From Gemmatimonadota bacterium (GTDB lineage: Bacteria > Gemmatimonadota > Gemmatimonadetes > Palauibacterales > Palauibacteraceae): a DNA stretch of 64,000 nt. The notes below the pieces were generated by a model. The model had not been told where the DNA came from. It searched no databases and saw only the letters and a program-made list of their open reading frames with translations. The position numbers were made by a program, and so were the translations under genes. The stretch's first letter is position 1, and the number at the start of each line of letters is the position of its first letter. The stretch covers positions 16,291 through 80,290 of the forward strand of contig JBHIAV010000005.1 of assembly GCA_046758745.1 (NCBI GenBank), in the 5' to 3' direction. Positions 8,756-17,338 of the stretch are shown here, piece after piece.

Positions 8756-10521
8756 GCGGGCGCTCCCTTCGCGTGCGCGGGGGACACGATGTCCGGCCGC
8801 TCGTTCTGCGCCAGCCAGTCACGCTCCATGTCCGGATGGCTGTACTCGTACGGGCCGTGGTACACGACGGGGATCTCCTTCCAGTTCAGGTGCTTCGGCG
8901 GCGACGGGGTCTGCCACTCCAGGGTGGTCGCGTTCCACGGGTTCGCCGGCGCCCTCTCCTTGCGGAAGAGCCCGTATAGGAAGTTCCCGGCGAAGAGGAG
9001 GCCGGAGAGGAAGAGTCCGAGCGCGCTCACCGTGACCAGGATGTTCGTGTCCTCCAGGCCGGCCAGGTGCTGGTACTGGGTGGGGTCGTACAGCCGCCGC
9101 ATCATCCCTTTCATGCCGAGCCCGTGCATCGGGAAGAAGGTCAGGTTGAAGAAGAGGAAGGTGAGGACGAAGTGGATCTTCCCCACCGTCTCGCTCATCA
9201 TCTTCCCGAACATCTTCGGGAACCAGTAGTAGAACGCCCCGAACAGGGCGAACAGGCTCCCGCCGAAGAGCACGTAGTGGATGTGAGCCACGATGAAATA
9301 GGTATCGTGGATGTAGATGTCCACCGGCGTGGCCGCCATGTACACCCCGCTCAGCCCTCCGATCACGAACATCATCACGAACCCGATGCCGAAGAGGCTC
9401 GGGGAGGTGAGCTGGATGTCTCCCCGCCACAGGGTACCCATCCAGTTGAACGTCTTGATGGCGGAGGGGACGGCGATCACCATGGTCGAGACCATGAAGC
9501 TCATGCCGAGCGTCGGGTTCATCCCGCTCTGGAACATGTGGTGTCCCCACACGATGAACCCGAGGAAGGCGATCCCGATGATCGCGAACACCATGCTGTG
9601 ATAGCCGAAGATCGGCTTGCGCGAACCGTTGGCGATCAGCTCGGAGGTGAATCCCATCGCCGGCAGGATGAGGATGTACACCTCCGGGTGGCCGAAGAAC
9701 CAGAAGAGGTGCTGCCACAGGAGCGGCTGTCCGCCCTCCGCCGGAAGGAAGAAGTGCGTGCCGATCGTCTGGTCGAACAGCAGCATGATCACCGCCGCCG
9801 CCAGGACCGGCATGGCCAGCAGCACCAGGATGGCCGTGATGAAGAGGGCCCATATCGACAGCGGTAGGCGGAACCAGGTCATGCCCGGCGCCCGCAGGTT
9901 GACGACCGTCGTGATGTAGTTCACCGCCCCGAGGAGCGAGCTCAGCCCGAGAACCAGGAGGCTGACGATCCACAGCTGCTGGCCGTACGACACCCCGCTC
10001 GCCTCCGGCATGGCGCTCAGCGGCGCGTACGACGTCCACCCTGCGCCGGCGGCTCCTCCCTCCACCGCGAAGCTCGCCAGCATGATGATGCCCGCCGGGA
10101 CGGCCACCCAGAAGGACATCATGTTGAGTCGCGGGAAGGCCATGTCCCGCGCCCCGATCTGGAGAGGGATGAGGTAGTTGGCGAACACGCCGACGAGCAG
10201 CGGCATGATGGCGAAGAACACCATGATCGTGCCGTGCATCGTGACGAGCGAGTTGTAGAACTCGGGGAGCACGAACCCCTGGTTGGCCATCGCCTCCGGC
10301 AGCAGGCGTCCGAGCGGCAACGGCCGGTCCGGCCAGGCGAGCTGGAAGCGCATCATCATCGCGAGCAGCCCGCCGACCAGTAGGAAGAAGAGGCTCATGA
10401 AGAGGAACTGTATCCCGATGATCTTGTGATCGGTCGAGAAGATGTACCTCCGGATGAACGGGAGCGGATGCTCCTCTTCGAGGATCGCCTGCCCCGTCGC
10501 CTCCGCTACGATAGTCGCCAT
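8752..10521 (-). CDS. ctaD: Heme-copper oxidase subunit I, A1 type
   Basis: STDHKIIG, TMHG, D-channel RDMAFPRLN, FWFFGHPEVY, WGHHMF, K-channel VPSAIK, VAHIHYV, GMMRR. Confidence 0.96.
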   Translation of the reverse strand: MATIVAEATGQAILEEEHPLPFIRRYIFSTDHKIIGIQFLFMSLFFLLVGGLLAMMMRFQLAWPDRPLPLGRLLPEAMANQGFVLPEFYNSLVTMHGTIMVFFAIMPLLVGVFANYLIPLQIGARDMAFPRLNMMSFWVAVPAGIIMLASFAVEGGAAGAGWTSYAPLSAMPEASGVSYGQQLWIVSLLVLGLSSLLGAVNYITTVVNLRAPGMTWFRLPLSIWALFITAILVLLAMPVLAAAVIMLLFDQTIGTHFFLPAEGGQPLLWQHLFWFFGHPEVYILILPAMGFTSELIANGSRKPIFGYHSMVFAIIGIAFLGFIVWGHHMFQSGMNPTLGMSFMVSTMVIAVPSAIKTFNWMGTLWRGDIQLTSPSLFGIGFVMMFVIGGLSGVYMAATPVDIYIHDTYFIVAHIHYVLFGGSLFALFGAFYYWFPKMFGKMMSETVGKIHFVLTFLFFNLTFFPMHGLGMKGMMRRLYDPTQYQHLAGLEDTNILVTVSALGLFLSGLLFAGNFLYGLFRKERAPANPWNATTLEWQTPSPPKHLNWKEIPVVYHGPYEYSHPDMERDWLAQNERPDIVSPAHAKGAPA

Positions 10522-10543
10522 GCGATCGTACCTCTCTCCGTTG

Positions 10544-11224
10544 TCACTCCGCGGCGGCTGCCACGGCCTCGCTTCTCTCCCGGTACCACGCCTCGTAGGA
10601 GGCGGCGTCGTGGACCTTCACGGAGGCCCGCATCCTGTAATGACCCGGCCCGCACAGCTCGGCACAGCCGATCTGGAAGTCCCCCGTCTCGGTGGCCTGG
10701 AACCAGATCGGGATGGTCATGCCCGGGACGGCGTCCTGCTTCACCCGTAGCACCGGGATGAAGAAGGAGTGGATCACGTCCTCGGAGGTCAGTCGGACGA
10801 TGATCGGTTCGCCCACCGGGATGTGGAACTGATTGCGGATCGTGAAGTCGTCTTCGTTGCCGGGGATCCGGTCCGTTCCGGGGTAGGTGACGTTCCACTC
10901 GAACTGCTTGGCCGTCACGCTCAGGGTGAGGGCGTCCTCCGGAAACGAGTCGGGGCCGCGGATGTCCGCCCAGATGCGTCCGCTGTAGATGCCGAGGAGG
11001 ACCACGGTGACCGCGGTCACCGATGTCCACGTCACCTCGGCCCGCACATCGCCGTGCGTGTACCGCGCGCGGTGCCCCTCGCGCCGCCGGTATCTGAAGA
11101 CGAACCACAGGACGCCCGTTTCGACGATCACGAAGGCGATGCCGGTGACCCAGGCGATGATCCAGAAGAGCCGGTCGATGTCGACGCCCTGCGTCGAGGC
11201 GTTGATCGGTAGCGACCAGTCCAT
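10544..11224 (-). CDS. ctaC: Cytochrome c oxidase subunit II (CuA, no fused cyt c)
   Basis: Two TM helices, AKQFEW, DVIHSF...KQDAVPG, CAELCGPGHYRM. Confidence 0.94.
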   Translation of the reverse strand: MDWSLPINASTQGVDIDRLFWIIAWVTGIAFVIVETGVLWFVFRYRRREGHRARYTHGDVRAEVTWTSVTAVTVVLLGIYSGRIWADIRGPDSFPEDALTLSVTAKQFEWNVTYPGTDRIPGNEDDFTIRNQFHIPVGEPIIVRLTSEDVIHSFFIPVLRVKQDAVPGMTIPIWFQATETGDFQIGCAELCGPGHYRMRASVKVHDAASYEAWYRERSEAVAAAAE

Positions 11225-11309
11225 GCCCTCTCCCCTTTTCAGTCGCGATCGAGGCGGGGCGCCGCGCGTCGGACGAAAGCCCGAGATGCGCGGCGTCCCC
11301 GGCCGAAGC

Positions 11310-12161
11310 TCATCGCGCGGCCGCCGCGTGGACCCCGTGCAGGTCGATCGGCTCGCCGAGCGGCACGACGGCATCGGCCGCCATGTCACTGCGGAAGGTG
11401 AAGCTGATCTCCTTCGTCTCCTGCGCGCCCACCGTGACGTTTTGGGTGAGCGTGCCGTACAGCTCGTGCCACGCCTCGACGACGTAGTCTCCCGGCGGCA
11501 GCCCGTCGAGGGTGAAGGATCCGTTCGACCCGGAGACGGAGTGGAAGGGGTGCTCCGTGACGCCGATGTAGGCCTCCATCCACCCGTGCACGTCGCACTT
11601 CACCGGGACCATGATCTCGGGGAAGGCGAACTTTTTCGTCGTCTCCATTCCCTCACGCGGCTGGCTCACGTTGAAGCCGCGGTTCTCCGTCGGCTGGGTG
11701 TTGATGTTGTGCAGCAGCGGGTCGCTGTTCCTGATGAGGAGCGGCTGCCCGGCCTGGATCCCCAGCACGTGCGGATGGTACCGGCAGCCATCCTGGTCGA
11801 TCACGACTGGCTCCGAGGGTGGCGCGAAGCTCTGGCTGAGCCCGGACTTCACGTACACGAAGACATTGGCCAGCCGCCCGTCCGTCACCACCACGCCCTC
11901 GGTCATGGGCGGGCCTTCCTCGTACTTGACAGCGCAGTCCGGCTCCTCGGCCATGTCGATCGGCTGCGCGGCAGGCGGCGTACCCTCGAAAGCAATGTGG
12001 CCGCGAATCGTGGCGGCGACCGCCGGATCGACGGCCGGCGCGGCCGATGCGGCTTCGCCGCCTTCCTCCGCGCCCGCGCTCTCGCCCTCGCCTCCACCGC
12101 CGCACGCCATGAGGCCCACCAGAAGGACCCCGGTCGCCAGCATCCTCTCTCGATCTCTCAT
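11310..12161 (-). CDS. Lipoprotein with cupredoxin-like and carboxypeptidase-regulatory-like domains
   Basis: Lipobox LMAC; IDQDGCRYHPHV, NSDPLLHN, KCDVHGWM, GSFTLDGLPPGDYVVEAWHE. Confidence 0.75.
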   Translation of the reverse strand: MRDRERMLATGVLLVGLMACGGGGEGESAGAEEGGEAASAAPAVDPAVAATIRGHIAFEGTPPAAQPIDMAEEPDCAVKYEEGPPMTEGVVVTDGRLANVFVYVKSGLSQSFAPPSEPVVIDQDGCRYHPHVLGIQAGQPLLIRNSDPLLHNINTQPTENRGFNVSQPREGMETTKKFAFPEIMVPVKCDVHGWMEAYIGVTEHPFHSVSGSNGSFTLDGLPPGDYVVEAWHELYGTLTQNVTVGAQETKEISFTFRSDMAADAVVPLGEPIDLHGVHAAAAR

Positions 12162-12207
12162 CCCTTGCCTCCGAAGAAAGAGCCTCCGACTCTCGGCAGA
12201 GCCGTTC

Positions 12208-13776
12208 TCACACCATGACCGCCTGCGCCTCCTCCTCCCGGCGCGCCCGCCGCTGCGCTCGCGATACCGCCAGCAGACCGAGGCCGCCGGTGAGCAGCAC
12301 GGCCAACACGGGCGCCGCGTACCGGACGGTGGAGGCGGGTTCCTCCAGGTACACATAGTACCATCCGCTCACCGATCCCCGCACGGCCGTCTCCCCGCTG
12401 GAGCCATCCCACGCGAAGAACGCCACCGGGATGGCGACACCCTCCTGGAAGGCGAGCGCCCCTTCCGTCTTTGTCACCAGGGCACGCCGGAAGTGCACGC
12501 GCCACCGGCCGTCATCGTACGCGGCGGAGCCGCCCACTCCCTCGCCGTCCATCGGCTGGAGCTGGCCGAGCCCCCGGGCCCAGGCCTCGCCGACCCCACC
12601 CTCGCTCCCCCAGCTCCAAAGGTACACGGGCCTCCGTCCGTCGCCCATCAGGAAGTACGGCCTCTCCATCCCTTCCGGGATCGTCGGCGGGAACTGCACG
12701 AGAAGCCCGTCGGGGAGATGCGGCAGCTCGGTGACGGTCGTATCCCGATCGTCGGCGAAGAGCGTGGCCGTGATCTTTTCCTGCCACTCGTCCCACGAGG
12801 GATCCGGACTGCGTGAGGGGTCCGACCAGCTCACGCGCATCGCCAGCTCCGTCCCGTCGTGCGCCGCCTGCACCCACACCCCATCCACCGCGGGTGCCAA
12901 CTGGCGGGGCTTCTGGATCACCTGACCGACGAGGGGGATGTAGAAGGTCTCCATCTTGTCCCACCCCTGCGCGTCGGGACCGTCCGGGAGAGGGCCCTCG
13001 AACCGGCGCGCGACGATTACGTCCCGCACGCGGGGCTCGCTCTCCGGCGCGAGGCTGCGGACGTAGCGCGCCAGGTCCCACAGCTCCTTGTCGGACACCA
13101 CCCCGGAGGCGAGGGCGTCGCTGTACGCCGGCATCGGCGTGCCGTCCAGCCCGGTGAGCATCCGAGTGTGGATCGCCTCGACCGTGAAGCCGCCGTTGAA
13201 GCCCCAGGGCTCGGTGAGATCGGCCGCGCGGATGGGCAGCTTCCGCCAATCCTCGAGCGTCGGCGCCGATTGTCCGTTGCCACGGCCGGAGTCGCCATGG
13301 CACTTCCAGCACTCGAGCGCCCGGTAGGCGTCCCTCCCGGACTCGAGGGCGTCCGCCCCACCGCCCGGGTCGCTCCCCAGATCGGCCGGCTGCGGGGCGG
13401 CCCCCTGGAAGAAGCGCGAGAAGCTCTTGATGTAGGCGATCACGTCCCGTCGCTCGGCCTCGCCGAGGTTCGGCCACGCCGGCATCACGGTGCCCGGCAT
13501 GCCGTTGCGCAACACGTTGAGGAGATCCTCATCGGTCGGGAGCTCCCCGCTCGCCGTGGTGCGAATCTGGTAGCGTGCCTGCACGAAGTCGCGCGGCCGC
13601 GGGAGCATCCGATCGGCGGCCGGACCGTCGCCGCGTCCCTCGGCGCCGTGACACTCCACGCACCACTTCTCGTACAGCGCCCTCCCCCGCTCCGCGTCCT
13701 GCGCCCCGCAGGGCGCGGCCAGGGCGAGGAGGGTGAGGGCGGCCGCGCATGCGGGCCCGACGCCGCGCGAGCTCAA
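12208..13776 (-). CDS. Diheme c-type cytochrome fused to an ethylbenzene-dehydrogenase-gamma-like (DOMON) domain, C-terminal TM anchor
   Basis: CVECH and CWKCH; PRPRDF...GMPGTVMPAW; DOMON-like AAHDGTELAMRVSWSDP...PYFLMGD...VAFFAWDG. TTG start overlaps the upstream stop. Confidence 0.85.
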   Translation of the reverse strand: MSSRGVGPACAAALTLLALAAPCGAQDAERGRALYEKWCVECHGAEGRGDGPAADRMLPRPRDFVQARYQIRTTASGELPTDEDLLNVLRNGMPGTVMPAWPNLGEAERRDVIAYIKSFSRFFQGAAPQPADLGSDPGGGADALESGRDAYRALECWKCHGDSGRGNGQSAPTLEDWRKLPIRAADLTEPWGFNGGFTVEAIHTRMLTGLDGTPMPAYSDALASGVVSDKELWDLARYVRSLAPESEPRVRDVIVARRFEGPLPDGPDAQGWDKMETFYIPLVGQVIQKPRQLAPAVDGVWVQAAHDGTELAMRVSWSDPSRSPDPSWDEWQEKITATLFADDRDTTVTELPHLPDGLLVQFPPTIPEGMERPYFLMGDGRRPVYLWSWGSEGGVGEAWARGLGQLQPMDGEGVGGSAAYDDGRWRVHFRRALVTKTEGALAFQEGVAIPVAFFAWDGSSGETAVRGSVSGWYYVYLEEPASTVRYAAPVLAVLLTGGLGLLAVSRAQRRARREEEAQAVMV

Positions 13777-14579
13777 CTCCCCCCTCCTCCCGCCGCCAGC
13801 TCCCACGTGCGCGGCGTCCATCCCGTCTGGTCGTACAGGTACAGGATCACCGCCCAGATCTCCTCCTCGGCGAGAAGAGACTCCCAAGCCGGCATGGCGG
13901 AGTTCCACGGCGTCCCCTCCCTGGGCAGCCCCGGTCCCCCTTTGGCGATGCGCCAGAAGACATAGCTCTCGGTGAGCTGGGCGATCGTGCCGTTGTCCGT
14001 GAAGTCGGCCGGGACCGGATTGAAGGCGTGGGCGAAGTGCCCCTCGCCGTCCAGGCGATCGCCGTGGCACGGGACGCAATTCTGCACGTAGACCCGCGCG
14101 CCGACCTGCAGGTGCTCCTGCATGGAGCCTTCCGCCCTCAGGGGATTCTCCAGTCCCGCCAGGCGCATCGTCTTCCCGCGGAAGGTGATCTCGTTCGGCG
14201 GAGCCGGATGGATCGAGCGGAGCGCGGCCGGCGCGGCGAAGCTCGGACGCACCTGCCGGTACGCGGCGAACCCGATGAGAAGGGGCAGGACGATGAGCAG
14301 GGCGATCCGTACCCCGCGCCGATCCGGGTCCACCATCACCCCGTGGATCGGCTCCTTGAAGGTCCGCCACCGCTCCTCATCCGCGCTCACGTACAGGAGG
14401 ACGCCGACCAGGGCGGTGAGCATGAACTGCACCACGACCGAGCGGGGCACGGGAGCGCTCGCAGCTCCGAAGAGCGGGGGCAGGTAGGCGATCCCGTAGC
14501 GGAAGAGGAGGTACGAAGCCGCGAGGAGGAGAAGGGCCTGCCAGAACGGGTGCCGGAGGAAGCCGCGGGGATCCGTCAC
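13773..14579 (-). CDS. Membrane-anchored monoheme c-type cytochrome
   Basis: Three N-terminal TM segments, CVPCH, axial Met in SAMPAW. Confidence 0.85.
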   Translation of the reverse strand: MTDPRGFLRHPFWQALLLLAASYLLFRYGIAYLPPLFGAASAPVPRSVVVQFMLTALVGVLLYVSADEERWRTFKEPIHGVMVDPDRRGVRIALLIVLPLLIGFAAYRQVRPSFAAPAALRSIHPAPPNEITFRGKTMRLAGLENPLRAEGSMQEHLQVGARVYVQNCVPCHGDRLDGEGHFAHAFNPVPADFTDNGTIAQLTESYVFWRIAKGGPGLPREGTPWNSAMPAWESLLAEEEIWAVILYLYDQTGWTPRTWELAAGGGGS

Positions 14580-14697
14580 CGTCGCATCCTCCAGGTGGCT
14601 CCCCGCCTCCTCGCGCCGCCGCGCCGCCGGAACCGCCGGCGCGAACCCTCACGCTCTCCCGCATGGGGCCGCGCGGCACGACCGATCGGGACGCGGC

Positions 14698-15495
14698 TCA
14701 CTTTCGCTCCGACAGGAACTGCACGATCGCCTCGAGCTGCGCAGCCGTAAGCTGCTGGCCGAACGTGGGCGGCATCGTGCCGGCGAACTGCTCGAAGCCC
14801 TGCGCCGTGTCCGCGTTCGGAAAGAGGATGGAACGGCGGATGTAGTCCGGCGCCAGGCGCGCTCCCATCCCGTCGAAGGGGGGACCGAGGGCGCCACCCG
14901 CCCCGTCGAGCAGGTGGCAGGCGAGGCACCCGCTCGCCTCGATGAGCTCGCCCGGGTCCGTAGCGGCCGGCGGCGTCCCGGCTCCACCCTGCGGCGCGGC
15001 GGCCGCCACGCCACCGCTCGCGGGGGCGCCTTCCTCCCCCGCCGTAGCGGCAATGTCATCGGCCGTAACCGTCACCGTCCCGCCCTGGCTCTCGAGGAAG
15101 GCCACCACGGCCCAGATCTGTTCGTTGGAGAGGGTGCGCCGCATGTCCGGCATGATCGGCTGGAAGCCCTCCACGAGGAAGGCCGTCGGCTCGACCAGCG
15201 ACTGATACAGGTACTCCTTGCAGGCGAAGTCAGAACGCCGCGTCGCGCAGTTCGAGCCCACGACGCCCAGGAGGTCGGGAGCGCGGGTGCCGAGCCCGTG
15301 GCACGTCGTGCAGCCCCCGGCCCCCAGGTAGATCTCCTCTCCCGCCGCCGCCAGCTCCTCCGCGGTCACGTCCGCCCCGAGCACGAGCTCGGTCGGGACC
15401 TCCGACTCCAGCTGAGGGATGATGTTCGCCACGGTGGTGTACACGGCCAGGGTGCCGACCACCGTCAGAACGATCGCCACGTTCGTGCGCCACAC
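14698..15495 (-). CDS. Diheme c-type cytochrome
   Basis: N-terminal anchor, CTTCH and CLACH, YLYQSLVEP...IMP and YIRRSILFP...TMP; GAGGA RBS before GTG 15495. Confidence 0.85.
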   Translation of the reverse strand: MWRTNVAIVLTVVGTLAVYTTVANIIPQLESEVPTELVLGADVTAEELAAAGEEIYLGAGGCTTCHGLGTRAPDLLGVVGSNCATRRSDFACKEYLYQSLVEPTAFLVEGFQPIMPDMRRTLSNEQIWAVVAFLESQGGTVTVTADDIAATAGEEGAPASGGVAAAAPQGGAGTPPAATDPGELIEASGCLACHLLDGAGGALGPPFDGMGARLAPDYIRRSILFPNADTAQGFEQFAGTMPPTFGQQLTAAQLEAIVQFLSERK

Positions 15496-15505
15496 GTCCG
15501 GTTCC

Positions 15506-17338
15506 TCAGCTCCCCGTCGCCAGCTCGGGGGCGAGACCGCCGGGTCCGCCCGCCCGCGCGGTGGCGAGCACCGGCTTCTCCACCAGGCCCCCGATCCAGA
15601 AGATGAGCGCCACCAGTCCAAGGAAGATGAGCACGCACACGCTGATGATCACCGACGCCGGCCCGAGCGCCGGGGTGACGGCCTGCGGACTCGTGTCCCG
15701 GACGACCTCATAGATGTGCCAGTGCTGCCGGATGCCGCTCCGCGCGAAGCCCATCAGCCCCATCAGCCAGGTGAAGGTGACCGCGAGGATGAAGAGCGCG
15801 TACTGCGAGCGGGCCGGCATGTGGCCCCAGCGGATGGCGCCGCGCGATTCCGCCCCGCGCATGAGCGCGATGTCGATGAAGACGACGAAGAGGATCGCGG
15901 CCAGCACGGCGAGCACCTGGTAGACGCTGAACCCGATGCGCACGATCGCGGTGACGAAGTAGCCGTACACACCGTAGAAGACGACCACCGCCGTCGCGGC
16001 GGCCAGCGCGATCCCCTGCGTGATCGTCCCCGTCCGTGCCCAGCTCACCACCGGGGTCTTGTTGGCCCGCCGGTACAGCATGAAGGAAAGGAAGGTGGTG
16101 AGGATCATCAGGTTCACCGCGGTGTTCTTGGCGCTCATCACGCCGAGCACGCCGAGGAAGGGATGGTGCGTCCCTCCCATCGCCGCGATCTCGTCGCGGG
16201 TCGCGATCATGGTGTGCGGGGTAGCCCACACGATCACGCCGAGGACCAGGAGGAGGAGCATCCACTTCACGTACTTCGTGAACCGCTCGGCCCCCGGGAT
16301 CCTCCCCATGCCGATCCACAGGTAGTAGTTGCCGGCCAAGAAGAGCACCCCGATGAGGAAGGCCTGGACGATCCACAGCCAGCTCATGAAGCCGCCCATC
16401 ATCGTGATGCCGAGCTGCTCGTTGAACTCGTAGACCTCCCGGCCCAGGTAGTAGCCGGCGAACGGGAGGACGATGAGGGCTCCGATGGCGATGAAGTTCC
16501 CCACGTAGCCCATCCAGTCGTAGTGCGCCCGCTCCTCGTCGGTACGGGCGGCGAGGAAGCGGTAGGCGGCGTACGCGCCCACAATGGCCCCGCCGAACAC
16601 CACGTTGGCGATGAGCCGGTGGATGTTGATCGGCATCCAGGTGGCGTTGGCGATGGCGCTCCACGTCTGCACGGTGGCCGGGGCCGTGTCCGGTGTCGCC
16701 TCGGCGGGCGGGCTCATCATGTAGGTGAGCCATCCGTTGGCGATGAACATCACCACCGTGCCCCACACGTTGAGCAGGATCCCGAGGCTCCAGTGCCACG
16801 CCTTGGCCCGCCCCGCCTTCCACCGCTCCCACCCGTAGTAGTACAGGTACAGGGTGAACGACTCCAGGAAGAAGAGCCCGACGTACAGCCACATCGAGGG
16901 TCCGAAGACGGCCGTCATGTATGCCCAGAAGACGGGGTACAGGGTCGAGAGGAAGAAGACGAGGATGGCGCCCCAGATCGCCGTGGCGCTGTAGGCGATG
17001 AGGAGGAGGCGGGTGAACTCCCTGGCCAGCCGGTCGTATCTGTCGTCCTTGCCGAAGATCCCGATCGCCTCCACCACCACCGCGAACATCGGAACCCCGA
17101 GCACGAAGGCCGCGAACATGAGGTGCACCTCGGCCGCGATCCACACCGCTCCGCGCGCGCCCACGATCGGGAAGTCTCCGTACGCCCGGACCGCCTCCTG
17201 CGCGACGAGCGGATCGGCCGCGAGCAGCAGCCCGGCGGCGATCGCCCCTCCGACGCCGAAGGCGCGTCTCCCGACCCTCCTACCAGCCGCAGCGGGCGCC
17301 CGCACGCGCCGCGTGCCGAGGCGGGGGGATCTTCTCAC
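15506..17338 (-). CDS. Cytochrome bd-like oxidase subunit I (CydA superfamily, Nitrospira/OR-N-like, no Q-loop)
   Basis: EVHLMFAAFVLGVP (H19 equivalent), FFLES...YYGW, NIHRLIAN (H186 equivalent), GIRQHW (RQPW equivalent); about 13 TM helices. Confidence 0.82.
   Translation of the reverse strand: MRRSPRLGTRRVRAPAAAGRRVGRRAFGVGGAIAAGLLLAADPLVAQEAVRAYGDFPIVGARGAVWIAAEVHLMFAAFVLGVPMFAVVVEAIGIFGKDDRYDRLAREFTRLLLIAYSATAIWGAILVFFLSTLYPVFWAYMTAVFGPSMWLYVGLFFLESFTLYLYYYGWERWKAGRAKAWHWSLGILLNVWGTVVMFIANGWLTYMMSPPAEATPDTAPATVQTWSAIANATWMPINIHRLIANVVFGGAIVGAYAAYRFLAARTDEERAHYDWMGYVGNFIAIGALIVLPFAGYYLGREVYEFNEQLGITMMGGFMSWLWIVQAFLIGVLFLAGNYYLWIGMGRIPGAERFTKYVKWMLLLLVLGVIVWATPHTMIATRDEIAAMGGTHHPFLGVLGVMSAKNTAVNLMILTTFLSFMLYRRANKTPVVSWARTGTITQGIALAAATAVVVFYGVYGYFVTAIVRIGFSVYQVLAVLAAILFVVFIDIALMRGAESRGAIRWGHMPARSQYALFILAVTFTWLMGLMGFARSGIRQHWHIYEVVRDTSPQAVTPALGPASVIISVCVLIFLGLVALIFWIGGLVEKPVLATARAGGPGGLAPELATGS

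Noticed and set aside
12208-17338. Nitrite oxidation capacity suggested by the Nitrospira-like module
   Set aside because: No nxrAB-type molybdoenzyme genes in the window; the module alone is not diagnostic.
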